Positions 24,180-38,044 are shown, numbered from the whole stretch's first letter. The stretch: DNA of 63,755 nucleotides, filler included, from Octopus bimaculoides (GCF_001194135.2; 6 parts of 6 records of this genome joined end to end with filler, not necessarily neighbours in it); one strand, 5' to 3'. The notes: generated by a model not told the origin, from the sequence alone. Numbers and translations are program-made.

Positions 24180-24510
24180 GTCATGCTGGGGCACAACCCT
24201 CAAGGCTTTTTAGTAGAACTAATCGACCCTCAGAACTTAATATCTTTAAGCCTTTTATTCGGTCTCTTTTGCCTAAATTACTAGAACATAAAGAAACCAA
24301 CACCGGTTGTCAAACGGTAAGGGGGGAACAAACATAACACACATATATATGACAGGAATCTATACACTCTCCTTATAACAAATCCACTCACCAGACATTG
24401 ATCAACACGAGGTTATAATAGAAGACACATGCCCAAATTGCTACGCATTGGGACTGAATCCGAAACTATGTGGCTGGGAAACAAACTTTTTACCACACAG
24501 CCACACCTAT
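24180..24510 (-). mobile_element. SINE family C copy
   Basis: Diverged 3' part, AAATCCACTCACCAG and head ...CCACACAGCCAC. Confidence 0.75.
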
Positions 24511-25038
24511 TTGATTTCGAAAATATTTTCTTGCGGACAACAATCCACGCAAATCTTTTAATCATCAAAACGTAAAGGTCAGTTAGTGTTGCTGCGTGCT
24601 TTCTTGTTTTTGTTTGTTATTTTCTTTTCTCTTGTCCGATAATATCATCACAAATGGTTAACAACATTTAATCGCATATGCACCAAGCAGCTACACAAGT
24701 AAACACTACTTAAATCGTCACCTATCTCTAAAGCAATAATACGGATCTGTAATGCACTAATAGATAACTGAAGAGATAACCTTTGTGACATCGAACCACG
24801 TTACTGGAAAAGTATAGAATAAGGAAGTCATAATAGCAATTACTTAACGAGTGTTTGAGATTTGTCTTGATCGAAGTTTAGGTTATATAAATATATATAT
24901 ACACACATACACACACACACACACACACTTATATACACATACATTTTATATTTACATATATACACACAGATTATGTTCACATATACGCACATATGCTATA
25001 CATATGTACACATATACACACAGACTATATTCACATAT

Positions 25039-25096
<58 letters not shown>

Positions 25097-25134
25097 TCGG
25101 TCATAATGTCTTACGTTTAAGATGGTTCCCATAC

Positions 25135-25220
25135 ATTCCCCGAGGAGAAGTTTACATTTTTAACATCGACGATTCCTATGGATCGCATAAATTGTAATTC
25201 TTCGAAACATATGTCGGAAT
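25135..25220 (+). ncRNA. Type I hammerhead ribozyme motif with U4C and long stem II
   Basis: ATTCC-CCGAGGA-GAAG...CTTC-GAAA-CATATG-TC-GGAAT: 5-bp stem I, palindromic ACATATGT stem III, GUC triplet. Confidence 0.6.
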
Positions 25221-25358
25221 AAAGTATGCAGTTATAACATGCGTTTACTCCATTCCTTNNNNNNNNNNNNNNNNNNNNNNNNNNNNNNNNNNNNNNNNNN
25301 NNTTAATTAATTAANNNNNNNNNNNNNNNNNNNNNNNNNNNNNNNNNNNNNNNNNNNN

Positions 25359-25422
25359 AATATATACTTTTGTTATTTACACCACCTGTCCTCGTCTGTT
25401 GTTATTTTTTGTATATTCTCCC

Positions 25423-25425
<3 letters not shown>
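25359..25425. repeat. Short dispersed repeat, identical copy at 34013-34079
   Basis: CTTTTGTTATTTACACCACCTGTCCTCGTCTGTTGTTATTTTTTGTATATTCTCCC, both copies followed by (TA)n. Confidence 0.85.
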
Positions 25426-25488
<63 letters not shown>

Positions 25489-25584
25489 GTGCCTGTGTCT
25501 GTGTGTGCGTGTGTGTGTGTGTATGTGTGCGCACGTGTGTGTGTATGTGTGTGTGTGTTCATGTGTCTGCGACTATGACGATAT

Positions 25585-26010
25585 ATTGACCTATAGACAA
25601 TGCGTTAACCAACTAGACATCTTCCACACAGACTATTTGAGGACAATCTGCAGTAATTCACTTAAACGAAGATTTTAATGCCGACTTGTTTAGCAAGTGT
25701 AAGATTGGTGGAATTGAGAGCTTCCGTATACAATCACAATTGCGCTGTGTTGGCCAGGCCATTAGAATGAGTTAGGAAAGAATACCGAAAGTCCTCATGT
25801 ACAGACAGCTTGAGAGTGGACACAGGAATGCTGGTTCACTGTGGCTCAGATATTAGGAAAAGCTGATGAGTAATCTCTTAGTGATGAAGATGACTCATAA
25901 CACCTTTCAGCGCAAAACCTTGGTACGAACAAAATGGAGACCGTTGTGTCAAAATGGTATGAAACATTTTGTTGCAACAGCTTTAACAGGCTTCGGAGTG
26001 CAAGGCAAAT
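25585..26010 (+). mobile_element. RTE-clade LINE 3' coding remnant
   Basis: [21 protein letters not shown]...QLRCVGQAIRMS*ERIPKVLMYRQLESGHRNAG...RTKWRPLCQNGMKHF. Confidence 0.8.
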
Positions 26011-26180
26011 GAGAAAGGCGGACGTAAATATATCACCTACTCTGACCAGTAATCCTCGATTTTACAACACTTGTTGGTGGGTCTTAAATGTCACATTCGA
26101 TATAAGCATTATAACTGATGAAGTAAGAGTATTTTATCGGAGCCTCATACGTCGAAACCCATGGGAGAATCCATTATATA

Positions 26181-26212
<32 letters not shown>

Positions 26213-27164
26213 NNNNNNNNNNNNNNNNNNNNNNNNNNNNNNNNNNNNNNNNNNNNNNNNNNNNNNNNNNNNNNNNNNNNNNNNNNNNNNNNNNNNNNNN
26301 NNNNNNNNNNNNNNNNNNNNNNNNNNNNNNNNNNNNNNNNNNNNNNNNNNNNNNNNNNNNNNNNNNNNNNNNNNNNNTATATATGTATGTATATATATAT
26401 GTATATATACACCAATGCAAATGAAGATATTTTAGGACACTGTTAATTGCCGTTAACAGAAGGATCATGTAGATATGTATGAAACTATATACAATCCTAC
26501 ATTACTATCTTAATATCATTATCATTAAGAATTCACACTTTCTAAATTTTTAAAACTAGGGCAATCTTTAACACTATTAACATCAATCTAAAATTAAATG
26601 TTTCCTGTTAATGCGTATTTTTATAAATGTCATTGAAACAGATACCTCCAGACTGAAAAGACACACTGGAAATAACTCTAGATGTAACGTTGGAGGCATT
26701 AAAAGCTCAATGTATTTTAATGATGTTATTAAAACACACTTCCGGCAATATTAAGCAACTTTTTTCCTGTTCATGGAAATAAAAAATAGCATCAATGTTA
26801 AATGACATATAACACATCTTGATTTCAAATAATAAAATAAAACACGTATTAGACCTTGTCTTAGATATCTTGTAAATATTTGATGTATATTCTTCTTACC
26901 TTCAGAAGACATTACCGTAGAAATCTTAAAGAAAACTAAGACACCATTTTTGTTTCAAAAAGAAATATTTTAATTATGATATTTAACATATATCTAACCA
27001 TGCTACTAATTTACGCTTTTGCTTACTTGTTATGGTTTATCATCAAAGTCCCTTCAGATGTATATGTAGTATATGTTTCGTGATGTACATAAATGTATGA
27101 TGACCGTCCACTCGTGACCCAGGAAGATCATTGCTGAACTTTAGGAAAATTGTGCACTCAAGGT

Positions 27165-27610
27165 CTAATGTATATTTTGCATGTGCGGCTCCGTTGGTAA
27201 TTAAAGCGCGCTGCTCTTAACAAGCATACATGACTGCAAACATTACATAGCAACCTCCCCCCATTGACTACGCAAGCAGTGCTCTTCCGAGCAGCACGCT
27301 TAAATTCTTCATGCAGAATAGGTGATTTTTCAAAGGTGCTGACTCCCTCCTTACCCTGCTTCCTCCGTCTGTGGTGATGGCAGGTACTGCTCTCCCAGTC
27401 GATCACCTGCGTATCACTGGCCTTTAATGAGGACTTGACACTGTCTTTAAATCGCAGCCTTGGTTTCTGCCGGGGTCTGTTTCTACAAACAAGTTTCCCA
27501 TATAGCATCTGTTTTGACATCCTGATATCCTTCATTCTAATAAGGTGTCTAGTCCAACGTAGCCGGTGCAACAGCCTCATCACATCAATACTCAAGATAT
27601 TAGTGTATAA
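27165..27610 (-). mobile_element. RTE (BovB-like) LINE 3' coding remnant
   Basis: HRLRWTRHLIRMKDIRMSKQMLYGKL...RQKPRLRFKDSVKSSLK...LLCNVCSHVC, including the terminal C..C zinc-finger remnant. Confidence 0.85.
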
Positions 27611-27895
27611 TTGAAAAATTATTTTTAATCTTGATTGATGTAGGTATGTAGAAAATATAATTCTATATTTTTCTGAAAAGTACATCATCAAACAAATTCT
27701 TCAGCTCTTAAATTATATATTTCCATCTTCTATCGCAAATTTTCTGTTGCGTACTCACTCGTAGTTAATTTCATTAACAAATAAGTGTCCTTCATAATTG
27801 TCTCTTCATACTTTTCTCCCAAGAGTTTTAGACAAACATTTCGTGATACCTATGTGTCGCAGATTTCTCCATATCTATTTCTCCGTCAATTATTG

Positions 27896-27945
<50 letters not shown>

Positions 27946-28263
27946 ATTGATTGGCTGTCATCGTCTTCGTCTGCGTAAGTCTAAACAATTTCTTGTTTTC
28001 ATTCATCTGTATTTATATTGAAGTTTTGTGAATAGCTGGTTAACAGCATCACCTTTCGTGTGAGCGAGTCGCTTTCACGAAAATACAGCATTTGAGGGTG
28101 TATTTTCGCATTTAAAAAATAAAAAAAATTCAGTCTGTGCCAAAACAAAATGAATAGCTGTTATGAGAATATCAGCGTCCCCTTCCATTCCAACATAAAT
28201 TCATTTTGCCCATTAACAAACGCTGGGAGGAAGAAAGAAAAGCAAGAACTTACACATGCACAT

Positions 28264-28336
<73 letters not shown>

Positions 28337-28499
28337 CAAACAGCGTTGATTCAGTTTGTGACACTAGCTTTCCTATGAAGAAAGTGGAGAAGGGAAGTAA
28401 CAACAATGAATATACATCTATTCATGCTGTCGCCACCACGGCTACCACCACCATCATGTCTTCCATTGCCACCATCACCAACATCACGAACAACACGTA

Positions 28500-29620
28500 C
28501 AGACAAAGTAACTTTGCTTGAATTCTGAGGCAAAGAAAACAAATAGTTTCATTTACACCGCAACAGTTGATCGAAACCAGATCGCTTTTATCGAAGAAAG
28601 ATAGAATCATAAAACTCAATATTCCAGAGAAGAAAACTATTAGATATTGGACAATAAACTTAAAAACGAGAACACCCGAAAATAAAGATCGACAAATAAT
28701 TGAAAAATGTCTAAGGCCGATTTGGGCACACAAAACCCATCACAAGGGACAAAAGATTTTCCACAGATGAAGCCAGATTTGACACAGAGGATCGAATAAA
28801 AGATTATCCTACAGTCACAAGAGTGCGAAGAAATCATAATGATTCCTACGTACCTAGGTCGTCGGGTTACAAAAATTAAAATTACAGATGTGCCCCCTGA
28901 AATAGAAACACAATGGCTGGTGTCAGACATATGCTACAATTTCGAGGAAATTATTAACATCTTGGAAATTGCCCTCCTCGAACAACAAACTGGATCGGTC
29001 AGGCGTTCGAACTCTTGGTTCAAGCCAATCAAAAGACGATAGAAAATGTTCCAGGTCTTATAAAACTGCCGGACGGTACAGCCTCACATGTCGCCGCTGA
29101 CGACAGAAGGCCACGTTGTCACATTTGTAGCAGCAAAATCCACGTAAACATTGGCTGCTCAATAATAAAGAAGCAAAAGCAACAACAACAACAAAAACAA
29201 TAGCAACAACAAAAAGGGAATACTATCCGCAAACCAGCACTGTTACCCACACCGCCATCAGCACAAAAGATGAATGTCCTCCACGAACAGATGCAACAGG
29301 TCCACAAAACAACAAACCAACTGAACCAATCCAACCAATCAACACAACCAACAGCAGAAGCAACACCAATACCAACAACAACAACAACAACAACAGCAAA
29401 AGAATTACCAAAGCCGAAAAAGGAAAATAATGACTAATCCCCCATCCCCAACAACCCATACATTATATCCTGACAGCCCCCAACCATAACTAACAGCAGC
29501 AACAACATCAACACACCCACAAATCGACCACAATACCCTTCCCCGCCCATGGTCTGATTCCTCCGACACGTTGTCCGATGAAGGCGAGACGGAGGAATGG
29601 CAAAAGACAAAAAAAAAAAC
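28500..29620 (+). mobile_element. Degenerate ORF1 (gag-like) of a Tx1/L1-type LINE
   Basis: Frameshifted pieces: IPTYLGRRVTKIKITDVPPEIETQWLV (RRM-like), RRPRCHICSSKIHVNIGC (CX2CX4HX4C knuckle), low-complexity linker, SDSSDTLSDEGETEEWQKTKKK tail. Confidence 0.6.
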
Positions 29621-29689
29621 GGAGAATATATGGTACACAACTACGGATACAACAATAACAACAGGCTTCTTTCGACTGAGAGCGATCCA

Positions 29690-29945
29690 AATTGAGCTGG
29701 CGTGTATAAAGTGAAAGCCTAAGTAATGTCCGTAGCCACTTTAGCATGGCTGTCCGTTTCGCAACTCTTCTGCGATGTTTTAACACCAAGGAGACATCTC
29801 TTCTAGTTGGTTAACGATGCACAGCAGCATCCGATAAATTTCGAGCAAGGGAGCGAGCTTCTGTCACTTTCTAGCAACAGGACCATCATACCATTTCTCG
29901 TTTCAGGCAATTCTGTTTCCGTCTACAATATCCACTTTCAAGGCT
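29690..29945 (+). mobile_element. Possible start of the same LINE's ORF2 (APE endonuclease), heavily decayed
   Basis: With small indels reads IELACIN(V)KGLS...DVL..(Q)ET...SKGASF...VSVYNI, resembling the N-terminal APE motifs; directly downstream of ORF1. Confidence 0.3.
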
Positions 29946-31069
29946 TTGATCGGTATACTTGTTTGTATATATATATATATATATATNNNNNNNNNNNNNN
30001 NNNNNNNNNNNNNNNNNNNNNNNNNNNNNNNNNNNNNNNNNNNNNNNNNNNNNNNNNNNNNNNNNNNNNNNNNNNNNNNNNNNNNNNNNNNNNNNNNNNN
30101 NNNNNNNNNNNNNNGGGAAAGGTTAATAAAAGATTACAAAGGATGAATAAACATGGAAATACTTTCATCAAACTTCAGCGTATTTACGGCACCTTCTATT
30201 TTCAAAGACATGAAATTTCATTTGATGCAAAGTACACAACCATATGCAAGAATATCTAATCTTAAAATCACGCACATTTCAGCACATCATTTACAGGGAA
30301 TGGTTTTAGGCAAAGTGAATGAAAAGCAGATATTATGATGTTCTTCTTACTTAGTTAGATATACTAGATTAGAACTCAGAAAAAGGGAATATATTATTTC
30401 AGATTACTGTAACCAATGGCATTGAATAGTCTTCTGTACTTGATAAGGCAGTAGAAGACACCATACTTAATCAGACATACTTAGACACACGCAGGTTTCC
30501 AGTCGTTCGTTTGTAGTTGTGTATTTCTGATTAGGAAAGAAAACGAAAGACGGACAAGAAAGAGATGACAAGTTCTTTACCATTAAACCACGGTGCATAT
30601 GCGACGACGGTCTTCTGAATATCACACTATTATTGATCTAGATGAATTTTGCTTCAGTGTCTAATAATTAAATAATCTCTTTAACAAAAAATATTGCAAA
30701 TTCACTCTTAATTCCTTATGTCGAAATATAATACGGGTTCGGAGAGATTTTAACTCGTTTACATCACATAATCTACAAATCTTAAACAAAATTCATAAAC
30801 ATCTCGATATATATNNNNNNNNNNNNNNNNNNNNNNNNNNNNNNNNNNNNNNNNNNNNNNNNNNNNNNNNNNNNNNNNNNNNNNNNNNNNNNNNNNNNNN
30901 NNNNNNNNNNNNNNNNNNNNNNNNNNNNNNNNNNNNNNNNNNNNNNNNNNNNNNNNNNNNNNNNNNNNNNNNNNNNNNNNNNNNNNNATATATATATATA
31001 TATATATATATGTATCTGTAACACACACATATAACGGAATGTAGGACCGCGTATGTGTATGCGTGTGTG

Positions 31070-31113
<44 letters not shown>

Positions 31114-31778
31114 TATGTTCATATACTTACATACATATGTATATATAAACGTGCACGTTCTCATACACACATGTACACATAAACAGAGAGGTACACACTC
31201 AGATACATACATGTATATGTACCAACTATCATACAGTCAGACGTACGTATTACTTGAAGTTTTGTTGCAATATATCGATGTCTACTTCAACATATTTACA
31301 GGTCATTAAATTGGTAATATAATTCTTCTAATCGACCTTTTATATTTCTGTATATATATATTCCTTGCATTGCCTTGGGCGCGAATGCCTGATGACGAAG
31401 GCGTCAGTTTCTAGCACCATAAATCTAAAAGTATATTTGTTTCTATGCAAATATATATGAGTGAATACATATAAGAACGATAGCATGCGTGTTGGAGGTG
31501 TGTGTGAGAGAGATTGTGTCGATACGTGCGAGAGACTGATGGCTGTATACCTGTATATATGTGTTTTTCTGTCGTTTCTATCTATATCTGCGAATTGTTG
31601 TGGTGTGTGATCAGAAGCGAGGAAATGTAATGGAATCTTTTAGTTACTGAAATTTAAGCAACAAATACACTTTATTGCAGCAAATTGTCGCCGAAGATAT
31701 TCAACTACTATACGTATTCTCGGACGTGATATGTTTAGTTCTTACATGCTAACTAACAGGATCATAAAAGTTTTATAT

Positions 31779-31936
31779 ACTTTGGAGTGTCTATTAATTA
31801 TGTTTTCTCTGGATCCGATTGTCTGCAGGGTTTCCTCTAGGCATAAATTGCACACCCACGATGTTCTACTGCCTAGAGGAAACTCTGGAGATCATCACAC
31901 CCAGAGAAAACTGTTAATTAATAGACACCCCGAAGT
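31779..31936. other. Long hairpin / small MITE-like palindrome
   Basis: Arms 31779-31843 and 31870-31936; 14 perfect bp next to a 26-nt loop, continuing ungapped for 42 positions. Confidence 0.85.
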
Positions 31937-32529
31937 AATTCTATCATGTAAACATAAAAACAAGGCATCATTCCTAAAATTCGAGTAAACATATTGAAAT
32001 AGAAAAGCACTAACCGCCTTTAGCATATAGTGCAATTAGAGAAGAACATATAACTAACGAAACAAAATAACTATTATTTTGATATGCTATATGTTACACC
32101 ATTGTCCACTGAAAATTAATTGAAAGGGCATTTTAAGAGAATATCATTTGTCGACTCAGATAATGAACTCTAAGAACAGAATACCTGTACTTGTTGACCG
32201 TACATCTGAATCTACCGAGGAGGCGCCTGCTGTGACTAAGGTCAAACCTATGAATTATACGACCCATTCAGATACCTGCATGCTCAAATATCAAAACAAG
32301 TCTAACGACACCACGCACATCGCTCCCACCGTCATAATTACCATTCCTTTCCCTCTGCCCACGGCATAATCGCAGAATACAGCATACACGTGATCACAAC
32401 TGACTCTGCGTCATCAAGTTCACTGCTAGCTCTCATTGCGCATGCAACTGTGTGCTGTCATCTGTTGGCACACTACAGAACTAGTACAGTAAGTTTTTGA
32501 TACCACCTCATATGTCGAAGATATTAACC

Positions 32530-32660
32530 GTACCGCCATATTTATGGATATCCAACAGCAATCATCTCTATCCACAGATTGACTACACACTGTAGCAGCT
32601 TCACATAGCCGTCTGCATTGAGCCTGAGGTTTTTCCTAACATGTGGGGATAGATTCACGT
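32530..32660 (-). mobile_element. maT-family transposase fragment
   Basis: HVRKNLRLNADGYVKLLQCVVNLWIEMIAVGYP is homologous to the VNSAAYIQVLEIIVKPW segment at 15914. Confidence 0.65.
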
Positions 32661-32869
32661 TTGCGGAAGCAGTGAAAAGGCTACTAGCGTTGCTTCCCGC
32701 TGGCCATGTCGACGTAGGCTCAATTGTTGCTCTCCATATCATATCTTACAGCTTTTACAGTGTTCACAGAACACATTGCCATCTTCAGACTCAGCGCGAA
32801 ATATCGTATTACATACAAACTTTTACCAATATTCAGATGGATAAAGGCGGTGTTTCGTCTGTCTTTACA

Positions 32870-32960
32870 TTCTAATTTCAAATACCGCTGAAGTTGACTT
32901 TGCCTTTCATCATATCGGGGTCGATAAATTGCATACCAACTGCATACTGTGGTCGATCTA
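32870..32960 (+). mobile_element. SINE family D fragment
   Basis: GTTGACTTTGCCTTTCATCATATCGGGGTCGATAAATTGCATACC. Confidence 0.75.
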
Positions 32961-34074
32961 NNNNNNNNNNNNNNNNNNNNNNNNNNNNNNNNNNNNNNNN
33001 NNNNNNNNNNNNNNNNNNNNNNNNNNNNNNNNNNNNNNNNNNNNNNNNNNNNNNNNNNNNNNNNNNNNNNNNNNNNNNNNNNNNNNNNNNNNNNNNNNNN
33101 NNNNNNNNNNNNNNNNNNNNNNNNNNNNNNNNNNNNNNNNNNNNNNNNNNNNNNNNNNNNNNNNNNNNNNNNNNNNNNNNNNNNNNNNNNNNNNNNNNNN
33201 NNNNNNNNNNNNNNNNNNNNNNNNNNNNNNNNNNNNNNNNNNNNNNNNNNNNNNNNNNNNNNNNNNNNNNNNNNNNNNNNNNNNNNNNNNNNNNNNNNNN
33301 NNNNNNNNNNNNNNNNNNNNNNNNNNNNNNNNNNNNNNNNNNNNNNNNNNNNNNNNNNNNNNNNNNNNNNNNNNNNNNNNNNNNNNNNNNNNNNNNNNNN
33401 NNNNNNNNNNNNNNNNNNNNNNNNNNNNNNNNNNNNNNNNNNNNNNNNNNNNNNNNNNNNNNNNNNNNNNNNNNNNNNNNNNNNNNNNNNNNNNNNNNNN
33501 NNNNNNNNNNNNNNNNNNNNNNNNNNNNNNNNNNNNNNNNNNNNNNNNNNNNNNNNNNNNNNNNNNNNNNNNNNNNNNNNNNNNNNNNNNNNNNNNNNNN
33601 NNNNNNNNNNNNNNNNNNNNNNNNNNNNNNNNNNNNNNNNNNNNNNNNNNNNNNNNNNNNNNNNNNNNNNNNNNNNNNNNNNNNNNNNNNNNNNNNNNNN
33701 NNNNNNNNNNNNNNNNNNNNNNNNNNNNNNNNNNNNNNNNNNNNNNNNNNNNNNNNNNNNNNNNNNNNNNNNNNNNNNNNNNNNNNNNNNNNNNNNNNNN
33801 NNNNNNNNNNNNNNNNNNNNNNNNNNNNNNNNNNNNNNNNNNNNNNNNNNNNNNNTATATATATATATAATATATACTTTTGGTAAAAGTTTGTATGTAA
33901 TACGATATTTCGCGCTGAGTCTGAAGATGGCAATGTGTTCTGTGAACACTGTAAAAGCTGTAAGATATGATATGGAGAGCAACAATTGAGCCTACGTCGA
34001 CATGGCCATACTAATATATACTTTTGTTATTTACACCACCTGTCCTCGTCTGTTGTTATTTTTTGTATATTCTC

Positions 34075-34116
<42 letters not shown>

Positions 34117-36417
34117 GCAATCTCTGTTAAGTCATTCAAGTTTAATATCGTAACATGGAAATAGCGTACATTACGTTTGACAATAATCAGAAAACCCGCT
34201 AGTTTTATTTATAATATAGTTTTGCCATTATAAATATGGCTTATACAAACTTTTTACATCAACAAATAGCCATCTTTTTTCACAGTAGTAGTGAATACGT
34301 AATATTTTTCACATAGCTCTGAAATCGGTGTAACAAATGAATGTCTAACGCTATCAATTTATTCATAAATTCACATATACGCACTCACTACATTCAGATA
34401 CTTCATTGATGCAAAATACTTTGTCTTATAAGTTAGTACTTGTCTGCAAAATATATTCAGGTTTCCTGAATTATTGAAAAAATAAATACATAATATTGGT
34501 TTCGGTTATTATTATAAATTGGTTTTGATTTTTTGGCACAATCAATAGAAACATTTAGTTAGCTTATTGAGCTATCTTTGTTCAACGTAAGGTATAATAA
34601 TAAGAAAAAATAATAACCTACTAAAAAAATCATGTAAAATCATATTAATCCTTGCCAAGGTTATAAACGATGCATTCAAGTATAGAGGTATAGTTCGGCC
34701 CAATGACTAGTGATAAAAAAAAGCCCAAACAGTAACACGTTAAAAAATGTAATCATGTATAATAGCTAACAGAGATTGTCTACAAATCATTTACATAGTT
34801 AAGTGACGCAAACTTTTGAGTCATTTAACACAATTATTCGTTTGCGTCATTTAACACAATTTTATATATATATATATATATNNNNNNNNNNNNNNNNNNN
34901 NNNNNNNNNNNNNNNNNNNNNNNNNNNNNNNNNNNNNNNNNNNNNNNNNNNNNNNNNNNNNNNNNNNNNNNNNNNNNNNNNNNNNNNNNNNNNNNNNNNN
35001 NNNNNNNNNNNNNNNNNNNNNNNNNNNNNNNNNNNNNNNNNNNNNNNNNNNNNNNNNNNNNNNNNNNNNNNNNNNNNNNNNNNNNNNNNNNNNNNNNNNN
35101 NNNNNNNNNNNNNNNNNNNNNNNNNNNNNNNNNNNNNNNNNNNNNNNNNNNNNNNNNNNNNNNNNNNNNNNNNNNNNNNNNNNNNNNNNNNNNNNNNNNN
35201 NNNNNNNNNNNNNNNNNNNNNNNNNNNNNNNNNNNNNNNNNNNNNNNNNNNNNNNNNNNNNNNNNNNNNNNNNNNNNNNNNNNNNNNNNNNNNNNNNNNN
35301 NNNNNNNNNNNNNNNNNNNNNNNNNNNNNNNNNNNNNNNNNNNNNNNNNNNNNNNNNNNNNNNNNNNNNNNNNNNNNNNNNNNNNNNNNNNNNNNNNNNN
35401 NNNNNNNNNNNNNNNNNNNNNNNNNNNNNNNNNNNNNNNNNNNNNNNNNNNNNNNNNNNNNNNNNNNNNNNNNNNNNNNNNNNNNNNNNNNNNNNNNNNN
35501 NNNNNNNNNNNNNNNNNNNNNNNNNNNNNNNNNNNNNNNNNNNNNNNNNNNNNNNNNNNNNNNNNNNNNNNNNNNNNNNNNNNNNNNNNNNNNNNNNNNN
35601 NNNNNNNTAACTGTCATCTTTTGTTTTTTCTTGAAGGTGGGGGAGCTCCTTCAATGATATCCTTTCTCTCACACACTTACGCTTTTGTGACGTCTCTTTA
35701 TTATACTATCCCTTGCTTCGTGGTCGATAACATTATTGGTAGAAATGTATGAACGAAAAAACAGAAATATAAAACGGAGAAGTTGATATAGGTTGTACTG
35801 TATGATCAAAAATATTAAAAATAAACATAGTTGTAAAGAATACAATATTGATTGAAGTTAATAAAATTGTGTGATTGTATGAAAGTAATATAGATCAGAC
35901 AAATGAAAAAAAGAAGAACAATGAATAAATAACAGATATAAAATGTGATAGACAGAAAATGGACAGAAGCAATAAAGGAGACAGGAAAACGATGTCTCCA
36001 AAATTATATGTTAAAGTAATTTTCGTGTAATGAGGTTAGAAATAATTTATTAGGACAAGAGACAGGATGGAAAAAAGCAAACAAGGAGTTTCGAGTTAGA
36101 TTGGAAATGAATTGAAATATAAATGATGGTTGGGGATGAAAAAAAAAATGCTTCTATTTCATTTGAAGACTTTCACAGAAATGTCTGTTTTTGAAATTCT
36201 TCGTTTTGGCGTTAGCTTTTTTTTTTTTTTTTTTCGCATTCCGGATTTAATTCTACGTATTTTCTTTTATTTTAATATGCAAACATTATGATGGATTATA
36301 GACACAGGTATGACTGTCTGTTTATACAGTTGGTTTCGAAATCACGTGGCTTTGGTTTCACATCAACTCCACTGTAATGTAGGTCATTTACACGTATGTG
36401 GATGTGTGTATATAAAT

Positions 36418-36488
<71 letters not shown>

Positions 36489-36514
36489 TATATATATGTG
36501 TATTCTTTTATTCA

Positions 36515-36700
36515 TTTCAGTAATTTAACTACGGCCACGCTGGAGCACCACCTTTAGTCGAGCACATCGATCTCAGAACTTATTTTTGCATGCCTAGTAC
36601 TTATCCTATCGGGCACTTATACCGAACCGCTAAGTTACGGGAAAGTAAACTCGCCAGCATCGGGTACCAAGTGATGTTGGGGTGGGGGCAAACACAAACA
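36515..36700 (-). mobile_element. SINE family C 3' part
   Basis: CGGCCACGCTGGAGCACCACCTTTAGTCGAGC...CCGAACCGCTAAGTTACGGG. Confidence 0.8.
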
Positions 36701-38044
36701 CACAAATACACGCATATGTATATATGACGAGCTTATATATACATGAGAGAGACAGATAGACAGACAGACAGAAAGAGACATACAGGCAGAGACAGAGAGA
36801 GACAGACAGACACACAGATACGTACATTCTCAATTAATATACCATTGAGAAAGTTTTAACTTAGCAGTTCTGGTTAAGTAACCGTTACAATTTGTAAGAA
36901 AGCTTAGAACATTGATTACTGGGGGTGATCGTTTGGCCTAAAATCCTTGAAGCCGGTACTCCAGCTTAGATGTGGTCTGATGATTGAAGTACGTAAAGAT
37001 TACAATGTGAAAAAATATGTTTCGTGAAACATGAAGAATCGATGGAGCGTCGTAGAATTTTGAACCTTATTATGTTTTATCTACCATATTATACATGCCA
37101 CTCCCTCACGAAACAACTACCGTTTCTTTCATACCACATTTTGCTTCTGAAATACTTTTCAGGGGGTTGATACACTTTTAAACTTTTGCTATAAAGCACA
37201 TTATTTTCCCTGATATGTTACTGCCTTTCCGATCTGTGTACGTTGAACGTCTCTAAAATACATGAGGACAAATGAACTCTGCTCAAGCAGTTCTTTGATT
37301 AATGATATTCTTCCGATGAGCGTATAATCGTTTTGTTAATCGCAACAATGTATTCAAAGATGCATTGTAAAGAGTAATTTGTTTTCTGAGACGGTTTGTT
37401 ATGAGTTTAAGAAGAGATTACTGATAATTCTTGAAGAGGGAGCGACTTTGAAGAGACATTTGTGTTCATAGAACGGCATCACATTAATCATAGTATATCT
37501 TTCTTTCTGCAACACTGGAAAACATAAGCCAGTTACTGTTTTCTATGTGTTATAAGCGACAAACATCAAAACCCTCCTATTAACTTGACACCGCTGCAGC
37601 ATTCAAACCCACCAATTTTGAAGGAAACAGGAGATGTCAAGAACATTGTAACCACGACATGAGTGACACTTTATTTTAAGGCGCCCGAACAGATCCAACA
37701 GAGGATTACCATTTTTTCCGGGAAGCTAAATATTCAGCCTGTTCGCCGAATTATTTAGCAGAACTAATACGCTACATGCCATAGACATGGTAACATTGCT
37801 CATAAATCGTGATTATCTTCTCACTAAAGATGAAACGCTTATTAAGATTTCATTGAATATCAGCTTTTGTTGATGATGTATGCGCGTCAAGAAACAACAA
37901 TATCTCTGGAAAATTTTGTTTCTTTTTTCATTATACTTCTGTAAACAATGTGTGCGTGTGAGTGTGTATGTGTGTGTTTGTGTATTTGTGTGTGTACGTG
38001 TGTGTCCGTGTGTATATACATATATGGCTTCTTGGTTTCGTTCA

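Noticed and set aside
32700-34008. Exact 129-bp inverted repeat (32700-32828 versus 33880-34008)
   Set aside because: It is 100% identical, read-length sized, flanks a gap and is fused to another exact repeat copy. Most likely a mis-assembly; would need long reads to revive.
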